From Gammaproteobacteria bacterium (GTDB taxonomy: Bacteria; Pseudomonadota; Gammaproteobacteria; GCA-002705445; GCA-002716945), in contig JBJKYE010000029.1 in the NCBI GenBank assembly GCA_045561195.1, forward strand, positions 1 through 49,984: DNA of 49,984 bases. The letters are read 5' to 3'. The notes under the pieces were generated by a model. That model had not been told where the DNA came from, made no database searches, and worked only from the letters and a program-made list of their open reading frames with translations. Shown here piece by piece: positions 38,467-47,255 of this stretch. Within the stretch, counting starts at the first letter, position 1. Each line of letters begins with the position of its first letter. The position numbers and the translations under genes were made by a program.

Positions 38467-40257
38467 ATGATTGTTATTGGGATATATGATGGCCATAATG
38501 CCTCAGCATGTTTATCTATTGATGGTGAAATTGTTTGTGCGCTTCAAGAAGAAAGATTAACTAAAAGGAAAAATGAAATAGGTTTTCCAGTTAAAGCTGT
38601 AAAGTATCTACTAGAGAAATATGAATTATCAAATGACAATATAGATATCGTAGCTATGTGTGGCACAGAAAGAACTGCCATTAATTATTATAAATATCCT
38701 ATCGATACCGTCTTTAGTGTTAATGATCATCTTGATATGATGAATAATTATTGGAAACCAAAATTATCAGGCAAAGAGCATTCAAAGTTTTACATTAAAG
38801 ATATATTTGAAAATAAATATCCTAAAGAAAAATTATTATATGAGATACCTGAGAGTTATTATGAATTTTCCACTGAAGAAAGACAGGAAAAAATTACAAA
38901 TATCATTATTAACACAGTTTCTAAGATTATAAATATTGATAAATCAAAGGTTAAATTTTATGACCATCATACTTGTCATATAATGTATGGTTACTATGCA
39001 AATAAAAACAAAAAAAATAAAACTATTGGTATCACAGTCGATGCATATGGAGATAAATGCAACCAAACTATATGGATGATAGATAAAGATGAATTTAAGT
39101 TAATTTCAAAAAGTAGTCAATGTGAAATAGCTAGATTATATAGGATGGTAACACTATATCTGCGAATGAAGCCATTAGAGCACGAGTATAAAGTTATGGG
39201 TTTAGCGCCATACTCTAAAGAGCACTATGCTAAAGAAGTTGAAAAAGATCTTGATGATTTGCTCGAATTTAATGATTTGAATATTATACATAAAAATAAA
39301 CCAGAAAACCTGTTTGATTTTTTGCAAGAGAAATTCCAATACCATAGGTTTGATAATATTGCTGGTGGACTCCAAAGATATGTTGAAAAAATGTTAATTG
39401 AGCTATTTACTAGAGCATATAAGAAACTTGATTGTGCTAATTTTGTATTTAGCGGTGGTGTTGCTATGAATGTTAAAGTAAATAAGGTTATTGGAGATCT
39501 TCCTTTTGTAGATAATTTCTTCGTTGCAGGTTCATCATCAGATGAGTCACTTAGTATCGGCGCCTGTTATTATGCTAATAATCAAAACGCTATAACTAAT
39601 AAGCCACTTGCAAACTTATATTTAGGAACTGAAATTACTACCCAAAGATTTAACAATTATGTTTCCAAAAATAATCTATCAAAAAATTATAAGATTACAA
39701 AAACCAATAATAAAGAAATTGCAAAGTTATTATCAGAGAATCAAGTAATCGCAAGAGTTTCTGGAAGAATGGAGTTTGGTGCTCGCGCATTAGGAAATAG
39801 AAGTCTATTAGCAAATCCATCAAATCCAGGCATAATTCAATATATCAATGAACTTGTTAAAGGCAGAGATTTTTGGATGCCTTTTGCTGCAACAATTCTT
39901 GATAGTTATTCAAGTAAATACCTGTATAACCCAAAAGGATTTGAGTCTAGATTTATGTCGGTCGCCATGGATACCAAAAAAGATTGCCTGTCTGATATTA
40001 AAGCAGGAACTCATCCATATGATGAAAGCATTAGGCCGCAAATCTTAACTAAGGAACAAAATCCTGCTTATTATGACTTGATAAATGAATTTTCAAAAAT
40101 TACTAATATTGGAGCACTCTTAAATACGAGTTTTAATCTTCATGGGAAACCTATTGTAAGTGATATAGATGATGCTATGGATGTATTAAATAACTCTGGA
40201 CTAAAGTATCTGGTATTTAATGAGTATCTTCTTCAGAAGCGTGAAGTAAAATGCTAG
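38467..40257 (+). CDS. NodU/CmcH-family carbamoyltransferase
   Basis: 596 aa. The N-terminus IGIYDGHNASACLSIDGEIVCALQEERLTKRKNEIGFP and the C-terminus FWMPFA, RPQ and LLNTSFNLHGKPIV match the Carbam_trans_N/C pattern. Confidence 0.85.
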   Translation: MIVIGIYDGHNASACLSIDGEIVCALQEERLTKRKNEIGFPVKAVKYLLEKYELSNDNIDIVAMCGTERTAINYYKYPIDTVFSVNDHLDMMNNYWKPKLSGKEHSKFYIKDIFENKYPKEKLLYEIPESYYEFSTEERQEKITNIIINTVSKIINIDKSKVKFYDHHTCHIMYGYYANKNKKNKTIGITVDAYGDKCNQTIWMIDKDEFKLISKSSQCEIARLYRMVTLYLRMKPLEHEYKVMGLAPYSKEHYAKEVEKDLDDLLEFNDLNIIHKNKPENLFDFLQEKFQYHRFDNIAGGLQRYVEKMLIELFTRAYKKLDCANFVFSGGVAMNVKVNKVIGDLPFVDNFFVAGSSSDESLSIGACYYANNQNAITNKPLANLYLGTEITTQRFNNYVSKNNLSKNYKITKTNNKEIAKLLSENQVIARVSGRMEFGARALGNRSLLANPSNPGIIQYINELVKGRDFWMPFAATILDSYSSKYLYNPKGFESRFMSVAMDTKKDCLSDIKAGTHPYDESIRPQILTKEQNPAYYDLINEFSKITNIGALLNTSFNLHGKPIVSDIDDAMDVLNNSGLKYLVFNEYLLQKREVKC

Positions 40258-41291
40258 AAAGTGAATTTTATGGAACTGTTTGTTCTGGTGCTGGTTTTAA
40301 TAAAAAAGAAGGTGATTTTTTTTCAGAAGAGAATATTAATTTTGTTAAAAAAGAAATATTTGATAATTGTAAAAGAATGAATTTAGATCAATCAAATCTT
40401 CAAGATAAAATAGTAATGAATATTGGGTCTGGTAGAGAAGCCTTAGGTCTAATGCAGTTTAAACCAAAAAAAATATATCATTATGATATCTCACACTCAA
40501 ATATTGAAGCATTTCAGAATATTTTAGCCTCTAAAAATATAGAAGAACATATTGTCTCAAAACAATTAGATTTATCTATGGATAAATTGCCATCAAGCAC
40601 ATTTGACTTCATATATTTGCATGGAATAATACAACATGTAAATGATGTTTCTAAAGCCATGCAAAATATATCAAACTCATTAAGAAAAAATGGTTACATG
40701 TGGTTTTACTTTTATAGACCGGGTTCCTTAGCAGTATTTTTGGGAAGCCTACAAAGATTTTTATTAAAAAAGACAGATATTAATTTTTTCAAAGAGTTTT
40801 TAAAACATAATTGTAGCTATGAATTTGCTAATGGTATTTTAGATGATTGCTATGTCCCAAATAGGCATTTATTCTACCCAAGAGATTACATAAAATTTTT
40901 GGAACATAATGATATTGAGATTTATAATGATAGCTTTTTGATTGATAAAGATAAAAACTATGATTTTGAAAGATTTCATCAGTCTGTAATATTTTTCACA
41001 AAGAAGTTAAGCAGCCCCCAACAAAAAGATACCCCATGCACTTCATTAGATCCAACTAATGAGATTGATGTCTTGGATACAAATCATTATACAAAGGAAC
41101 ATAAAATACTAGAAATCCTTAAACTAATTAATAATAAAGATTTAACTCAAAGCAATGATATCAATAAATTAGTTTTGGAAATAGAAATTATTAAATTAGA
41201 TTTTGCTAAAAAAATCTTTAAAAAAGAATTTATTGAAAAAAAATATATAAACTCTATTCTAAACAATATAATTAGTCACCTCAATATATAA
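40251..41291 (+). CDS. Class I SAM-dependent methyltransferase
   Basis: Motif I-like VMNIGSGREALG and FDFIYLHGIIQHV, followed by LRKNGYMWF. The start overlaps the carbamoyltransferase stop by 7 nt. Confidence 0.7.
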   Translation: MLESEFYGTVCSGAGFNKKEGDFFSEENINFVKKEIFDNCKRMNLDQSNLQDKIVMNIGSGREALGLMQFKPKKIYHYDISHSNIEAFQNILASKNIEEHIVSKQLDLSMDKLPSSTFDFIYLHGIIQHVNDVSKAMQNISNSLRKNGYMWFYFYRPGSLAVFLGSLQRFLLKKTDINFFKEFLKHNCSYEFANGILDDCYVPNRHLFYPRDYIKFLEHNDIEIYNDSFLIDKDKNYDFERFHQSVIFFTKKLSSPQQKDTPCTSLDPTNEIDVLDTNHYTKEHKILEILKLINNKDLTQSNDINKLVLEIEIIKLDFAKKIFKKEFIEKKYINSILNNIISHLNI

Positions 41292-42041
41292 ATGTCTTTT
41301 AAAATATATACAGATAGCATAACAGAGGAACATTCAAATAATCTTTTTAGATATGTTCTAAAAGTCTGTAATTTTTATAAACCAAACTGTTTTAAAGATT
41401 ATGAACATTATCCTGATAAATGGATGGATAAAAACTTTGTCTCTTCAATGATTGTTCTAAGAAAATCAAAAGCGCTATTTTCTTCAATTTATGATACTAT
41501 TCAATTATCAAATCAATTACAAAAAATTCCATTTGAAAATAATTTTGAAAATATTGCATCTGATTTTTTAAAAATAAATAAAGAAAACTTATCACTACGT
41601 GGCATACAATTCAGAATGGATTTTCCAAATGATTCTAGAAATAGTTATGGTTGGCACCAAGATAATGCCTATGATCAACATAATATTAATTCAACTAATG
41701 GTGCGGTTTTATGGTTACCTCTTATAAATACTAATGAGGAAAATGGAACGTTGGAGATCAAACCTGGCTCAGAACTCAGTTCATTTGATTGTAGCGAAAA
41801 AGTTTCTTCTGGTGATAAATATCGATCAGAACAAATCCTGGTACAAAAAAAATATTTAGATAAATATCCATCGAGATCAGTAGATGTTAAAAAAAATAAT
41901 AGTTTAGTAACTTATTGTGGTATTTTTCATAGAAGCGGCATAAATATATCTAATCATATCAGGTTCACGCTTGTTATAAGGTACAATAATCAACTTTCTA
42001 AAGATTATTTATTTTTTAGAAATCTCAAACAAGATAGTTAA
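41292..42041 (+). CDS. Phytanoyl-CoA dioxygenase (PhyH)-family Fe(II)/2-oxoglutarate oxygenase
   Basis: An HxD...H facial triad is plausible from GWHQDNAY and GIFHRSG, followed by an Arg (NHIRF). The ATG directly abuts the upstream stop (TAAATG). Confidence 0.7.
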   Translation: MSFKIYTDSITEEHSNNLFRYVLKVCNFYKPNCFKDYEHYPDKWMDKNFVSSMIVLRKSKALFSSIYDTIQLSNQLQKIPFENNFENIASDFLKINKENLSLRGIQFRMDFPNDSRNSYGWHQDNAYDQHNINSTNGAVLWLPLINTNEENGTLEIKPGSELSSFDCSEKVSSGDKYRSEQILVQKKYLDKYPSRSVDVKKNNSLVTYCGIFHRSGINISNHIRFTLVIRYNNQLSKDYLFFRNLKQDS

Positions 42042-42171
42042 TTTAATCACTCCTAAATTACAGAAAATCTAGAATATATAATAATGGGAAACTATTAAAT
42101 CTGAGAGATGGCAATATATTAAAACTAATGAGAGTTATGTCTAAAAGAATGAAATCAGTAATACAGTTACA

Positions 42172-43362
42172 ATGATGAGCAGAAAGATTATTTATATAAG
42201 CACTACGTCATATAGTGATAAAATAAACAGGGATTGGTATGTAAAATTACTTTCTGAAAATAGATTTAGTGTAGAGTTTTGGGATATTTCTAATATTTCA
42301 AACAATATAGATGCTAATAAACAAGAAACTATTTTAGACGGTATCAAAATAGTGACTAATATTACATATAATGAATTTTCCAGGCTACTTAATAATAATA
42401 AGAAGTTAAATATTATCTATATAATACTGGCTTCATACCATAAACAAACAGCTAAGGTTTATAGAATTCTTAACAAATATAAACCATACACAGTTGTCTT
42501 TAATTGGGGTGCTACACCAGAGACTGCAAATTTTAGAAATAAATCATTTTATGAGAAGATTTTGCTATTGAAAGATAATCAATTGCCATTTAAAAACAGT
42601 ATAAAAAATATTCTTGGAACTATATATTGTAAAATTATTAAAAAACTTAACTTAATTCCAATTCATGACATTTGCTTTAATGCAGGCACTGGTTCTATCT
42701 CGACATCATATGCTAAAAAAACTATTGATATTAATCTATGTGATTATGATCAGTATTTGAAGAGTCTTAATAAAAATATAACTGAGGTCAATCAGGCTGT
42801 TTTCATAGATAGTAATGTAACGGATAATTCTGATATTAAATTAAATGGATTAATAGAAATTAATCCTAGCAAATACTTCGAATCATTATCAAAATATTTC
42901 GAGTATTTTGAAAAAAAATATAATACAAAAGTAATTATATCATCTCATCCAACTAGCAACTATCATAATAATGAATTTCTGGGTAGAGAAGTGGTAAAAT
43001 TAAAATCTGCTGAGTTAGTATCAGAGTCAAAATATGTTCTATCGCATCATAGCACAGCTGTGAGCTATGCAGTATTAAATTATAAACCTATTACTTTTCT
43101 TATGATTGATGAATGGATAGGTGAGTATGAGGAGTATGCAAACAAAGAAATGTCTAAATCATTAGGTTGTAATTTAATTAATATTGAAAAGATTAATTCA
43201 AATAATGATACAGATATATCTAGTGTTAACAAGCAACTTTATGATGAATATAAATATAATTATATAGTTAGTAAACAAGCAGAGGGGAAGTTATCTAGCT
43301 CAATTATAATAAATGAATTCAATAAATATTTTTCAAGGTTAAATGATAAATCTCATGAATAA
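42172..43362 (+). CDS. Uncharacterised protein; possible GT-B-like nonulosonic acid transferase
   Basis: 396 aa with no signal peptide or TM segment. The C-terminal half has a Rossmann-like pattern with an HP dipeptide (VIISSHPTSNY, codons at 42946-42951) and SHHSTAVSYAVLNYKPI. Its stop overlaps the start of the CMP-sugar synthetase gene. Confidence 0.35.
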   Translation: MMSRKIIYISTTSYSDKINRDWYVKLLSENRFSVEFWDISNISNNIDANKQETILDGIKIVTNITYNEFSRLLNNNKKLNIIYIILASYHKQTAKVYRILNKYKPYTVVFNWGATPETANFRNKSFYEKILLLKDNQLPFKNSIKNILGTIYCKIIKKLNLIPIHDICFNAGTGSISTSYAKKTIDINLCDYDQYLKSLNKNITEVNQAVFIDSNVTDNSDIKLNGLIEINPSKYFESLSKYFEYFEKKYNTKVIISSHPTSNYHNNEFLGREVVKLKSAELVSESKYVLSHHSTAVSYAVLNYKPITFLMIDEWIGEYEEYANKEMSKSLGCNLINIEKINSNNDTDISSVNKQLYDEYKYNYIVSKQAEGKLSSSIIINEFNKYFSRLNDKSHE

Positions 43363-44056
43363 AAAGAAAAATGTCGCATTCATATTTGCTCGTGGTGGAT
43401 CTAAAGGTATTAAGGATAAAAATATTTGCTTACTTAATAATAAGCCGCTTATTTCATATACAATTGAGGCTGCTATATCATCAAAGATATTTGATGACAT
43501 AGTTGTATCAACAGATAGTAAAAAAATAGCTCTTATAGCTAATTCACATGGGGTTGAAGTTAATAATCTAAGACCTAGTTCATTAGCAAGTGATGATTCT
43601 CCAGAGTTACTAAGCTGGAAATATGAAATTAAACGTTATCAAGAAAAATATTCCTTTGATAATTTTTATTGTTTACCGTGTACAAGCCCCTTAAGGAGCA
43701 TTGAAGATATTGTTAATATGGGTATTTTTTTTAACAAAAATAATTATGATCTTGTACTTGGGATAACAGAGTCTTCGAAGTCTCCACTATTTAATATGGT
43801 AGAGAAAAAATCCGATGGTAGTTTAAAAAAGATAATAGATAGAGGAGAAAATATTACTCGAAGACAAGATTCTAAGACCTACTTTGATATAACTACAGTT
43901 TGCTATATATCAAGCCCTGAGTATATAATTAAAACTGAGTCTATATTTGATGGAAATATTGGTGGGTTCAATATACCTAGAGAAAGAAGTCTAGATATTG
44001 ATAGCCCATATGATATGGACATAGCAAACTATTTGATAAATAAAAATGATAACTGA
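43355..44056 (+). CDS. legF: Acylneuraminate cytidylyltransferase family (CMP-nonulosonic acid synthetase, NeuA/LegF)
   Basis: The VAFIFARGGSKGIKDKNI motif, a PCTSPLR block and RRQD. The ORF-track start at 43343 is four codons upstream. Confidence 0.88.
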   Translation: MNKKKNVAFIFARGGSKGIKDKNICLLNNKPLISYTIEAAISSKIFDDIVVSTDSKKIALIANSHGVEVNNLRPSSLASDDSPELLSWKYEIKRYQEKYSFDNFYCLPCTSPLRSIEDIVNMGIFFNKNNYDLVLGITESSKSPLFNMVEKKSDGSLKKIIDRGENITRRQDSKTYFDITTVCYISSPEYIIKTESIFDGNIGGFNIPRERSLDIDSPYDMDIANYLINKNDN

Positions 44057-44843
44057 AAACAACCTTCGATTAGACAATAAAACTATTGTGATAACGGGTG
44101 CAAGCGGATATATAGGATCTTCAATTTCTAGCTCGCTATCTATGTTGGGCGCTGACTTGATTCTTGTTGATATCAATAAGGAAAAATTATCTAAATTAAG
44201 CAATAATATTAAAAATCACAACCCTGTCAATATTAAGATCATCAAAGCTGATTTATCAAAACCAAAAGATGTTTCAAAAATACTAAAATATATCTCGGAT
44301 AAAAAGTTAGTCATTAATGGATTAGTAAATAGTATTGGAATGGTTGGCACAAGTAAAACAAAAGGTTGGAATTCTACTTTTCTAAAACAGGAACAGCCCG
44401 CTTGGGAAAAAGCGTTAGACATTAACTTAACATCAATATTTTTCTTTATACAAAAAATAGAAAAATATATGAATAATGCCATTAACCCATCCATAGTAAA
44501 TATCTCTTCGATATATGGAACTTATGCTCCTGATTATAGTATTTACAAAGACACCAAAATTAATAATCCAGCAGCATACAGTGTTTCTAAAGCAGGATTA
44601 ACATATTTATCAAAATGGCTTGCCTCGTCACTTGCTCCAAAAATTAGAATTAACTCTATTTCTCCTGGCGGAATATTTAGAAATCAAGACAAAAAGTTTG
44701 TAAAAAAATATATTGAAAAAACATTGCTCAAAAGAATGGCAACGGAAGATGATATAGCTGGATGTGTTGCTTTTTTATTAAGCTCATTGAGCTCTTATAT
44801 TACAGGCCAGGATATTATAGTTGATGGTGGCTGGGGAATATAA
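44046..44843 (+). CDS. ptmA: Short-chain dehydrogenase/reductase (PtmA-like)
   Basis: ITGASGYIGSSI, NISS and YSVSKAG (YxxxK). Position next to legF, as in Campylobacter ptm clusters. Confidence 0.75.
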   Translation: MITENNLRLDNKTIVITGASGYIGSSISSSLSMLGADLILVDINKEKLSKLSNNIKNHNPVNIKIIKADLSKPKDVSKILKYISDKKLVINGLVNSIGMVGTSKTKGWNSTFLKQEQPAWEKALDINLTSIFFFIQKIEKYMNNAINPSIVNISSIYGTYAPDYSIYKDTKINNPAAYSVSKAGLTYLSKWLASSLAPKIRINSISPGGIFRNQDKKFVKKYIEKTLLKRMATEDDIAGCVAFLLSSLSSYITGQDIIVDGGWGI

Positions 44844-45106
44844 TAGATAAGAATATAGTCAATGTAAATAGTGGAAATAGGTATTGATCTAGGGTAATAT
44901 CAATTACTATTACATGTAAAGAGCAAACAGCTATTGATGCTATAAATAATGTTATCGAAGTCTTTTTATATAAATGTTGAATTGGATAAGCAAAGTGATG
45001 TCATGAGAAGTTGGACAGAGAATAATCTGAATGGTGGAAAAGATATTTTTAATGCTATACATGTTAGACAGCCATCCAGAATTGTCACTATTAAGAAGTT
45101 ATAGAT

Positions 45107-46135
45107 ATGAATGTTGATAATATATATACAAGTATAAGAGATGAAGTTAAGCCAATTAGCATCATAATATTTGCCAATATAATAATAGCTATCATATATG
45201 CTCTAAATGCTCCTGAGGCATATACTGCTAAAGCTTATGTCCTTCCACCTGAAAATAAATATATACAAGAGCTTAATCTTTCTGCTGACGAAGTAGGGAA
45301 TACCAAGCAAGAATATACAGTCAGAGAAGTATATCCATTGGTCATCAATAATCTCCAATCTAGAAAATATCAGAGAAAGTTTTTTTTCGGTAACAATATA
45401 AATGAATTATTTCCAAATGATAACATTGAAGAATCATTTGAAAAAAACTTTCATGACCAGATTGGTTTGAAGCTTCAATCAAAAGTTAGTCAAGTTCGAA
45501 TGAGAAGCCAAGATTTCTTAACATTATCATTCGAGAGTGATGATCCAGTAAAAGCTGCCAACATAATAAATGATTACCTTGATATGGTTTTAAAAGAAAC
45601 AGCAGGTGAATTAGCTAGGTCAGTTAATACCACTATAACCAAACGTATAATGTCATATGAAGCTACTATAGAGGCCAAAAAAAATCTAGCAAAAAAAATA
45701 AGACTTGATAATATTGCGCGCCTAAAGGAAGCTTTGAGCATTGCTAAAGAGCTTAATATTAATGAAGTAAAAATGACATCATCAGATAATACAACAATTG
45801 TGAGTATTAAAGAGGATACGACAACAGATAACAGTAAATTATATTTATATGGAACAAAGGCCCTCAAGGCTGAAATTGTATCGCTAGAATCAAGGTTATC
45901 TGAAGATCCGTTTACGATCGGACTGAGGACGTTAGAGCACAAGATCGAAGCACTAAGAAAAATTAAGATTGATGAGAATAATATAAAGCCTGCTACTATT
46001 GACCAACAAGCTATACCTCCAACTGTTAGGTCGGAACCTAAAAGAAAATTAATCGTACTGCTTGGTACTTCATTAGGCATTTTACTAGCCTTCCTATACC
46101 TTGTAACAAAATTATTTATTTTTAGAAAAGTATAA
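45107..46135 (+). CDS. wzz: Wzz-family polysaccharide chain-length determinant (PCP-1-like)
   Basis: The N-terminal TM segment is followed by YTAKAYVLPP. A long coiled-coil periplasmic region follows, then a proline-rich segment (IPPTVRSEPKRKL) and a C-terminal TM segment. Confidence 0.8.
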   Translation: MNVDNIYTSIRDEVKPISIIIFANIIIAIIYALNAPEAYTAKAYVLPPENKYIQELNLSADEVGNTKQEYTVREVYPLVINNLQSRKYQRKFFFGNNINELFPNDNIEESFEKNFHDQIGLKLQSKVSQVRMRSQDFLTLSFESDDPVKAANIINDYLDMVLKETAGELARSVNTTITKRIMSYEATIEAKKNLAKKIRLDNIARLKEALSIAKELNINEVKMTSSDNTTIVSIKEDTTTDNSKLYLYGTKALKAEIVSLESRLSEDPFTIGLRTLEHKIEALRKIKIDENNIKPATIDQQAIPPTVRSEPKRKLIVLLGTSLGILLAFLYLVTKLFIFRKV

Positions 46136-46142
46136 ATACACT

Positions 46143-47255
46143 TTGAAGTTTAGTTTTAAATTACCTGTTGAAAAGGATATCATAGTATTTGAGAATCAAT
46201 GTAGTGATGAAATTATTGAGAATGTATTTAAAGAGAATTATAAATACAGTATTCTAGATAACCGTCCTTTAATTTATTTAAATCTATTTTTTATAATAAA
46301 ATATATTCATCTATTAATAAGAAATCTAAATTTTAAAGAAAAAATTATAAGACAATTTTTTCATATATATTTCTTAAATATAGTTGGATACATAAACCCA
46401 AAAATTGTAATAACATATATAGATAATAATAGTATTTATTCTTGGTTAACAAAAAACTATAATGATTGTGAGTTTATTGCTATTCAAAATGGTCATAGAC
46501 AAAAATGCGATCAAATTTATTTGAATAATAAGAACCATCAGCATTATTATTGCTTCGGAGATTATGATATTAAAAAACAATCCGATTTGGGTTGTACAAT
46601 AGATAAAGGATACCCCGTAGGATCATTTAGATCGGGTCTTGTATTATCAAATAGTAAGTTCAGTAACAAAAACAAAAAATATGATATTTGTATTATATCC
46701 TCGGCCGGTAGACGTCATCCTGATAGCATAAAAGAGTCTATTCATGGACATGGTATTATTAATGCTGTCAATGTTAGAAAGATTGATAGTCTTATTAAGA
46801 AATATGTTGTTGATAATAATTTAAAACTATCAATTGCTCTAAGCACAGATACTGATTATGAACAAAAATATTTTAAGTCCTTGTTTGGTGAAAATATAGA
46901 GTTGATAGAACGCAGGCATTCATTGTCTGCTTATGAAGCCATTTATATGTCAAATATTTCAATTAGCTTTATGTCGACAATGATATTAGAAGCAATAGGA
47001 CTAGGGAATAAAGGTATATCAATTCACTTTGAAGATACTGATCTTTACTTTGATTATCCAAAAGAGATTAAATATTTATACAAAGATTATCCTTCGTTCA
47101 ATAAATATATGAATAATTTATTAGAAATGTCAGATCATGAGTATGCAGATAAAATGAAAGTTATTAAAAAATACGTTATGAATAATGATCCTAAAAATCC
47201 ACCACATAGTATTATTAGAAAACATATTGAAAATATAATAGAAGAGAGAAAATGA
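46143..47255 (+). CDS. Uncharacterised surface-carbohydrate-locus protein; possible glycosyl/nonulosonic acid transferase
   Basis: 370 aa from a TTG start; there is no in-frame ATG until near the C-terminus. The pattern is ICIISSAGRRHPDS ... MSTMILEAIGLGNKGI. The stop overlaps the ABC transporter start (ATGA). Confidence 0.3.
   Translation: MKFSFKLPVEKDIIVFENQCSDEIIENVFKENYKYSILDNRPLIYLNLFFIIKYIHLLIRNLNFKEKIIRQFFHIYFLNIVGYINPKIVITYIDNNSIYSWLTKNYNDCEFIAIQNGHRQKCDQIYLNNKNHQHYYCFGDYDIKKQSDLGCTIDKGYPVGSFRSGLVLSNSKFSNKNKKYDICIISSAGRRHPDSIKESIHGHGIINAVNVRKIDSLIKKYVVDNNLKLSIALSTDTDYEQKYFKSLFGENIELIERRHSLSAYEAIYMSNISISFMSTMILEAIGLGNKGISIHFEDTDLYFDYPKEIKYLYKDYPSFNKYMNNLLEMSDHEYADKMKVIKKYVMNNDPKNPPHSIIRKHIENIIEERK

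Noticed and set aside
44852-44867. 16-nt exact repeat AATATAGTCAATGTAA, also present at 49525-49540
   Set aside because: A rough estimate for this AT-rich 50-kb window gives a few exact 16-mer matches by chance. The per-base match probability is about 0.29, so 0.29^16 times about 1.25e9 pairs is roughly 3. One copy is intergenic and the other is inside a coding region, and the flanks show no further similarity.
45574-46080. 168-aa ORF on the minus strand
   Set aside because: It is antisense to the wzz gene, whose Wzz features (two TM segments, coiled coil, proline-rich segment) are convincing. The antisense translation is Ser/Leu/Ile-rich with no motifs.
46703-46716. ops-like string GGCCGGTAGACGTC inside the 370-aa ORF
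   Set aside because: It needs an extra base relative to GGCGGTAGnnTG and lacks the 3' TG. It is also coding sequence (AGRRHP), so it is most likely coincidental.
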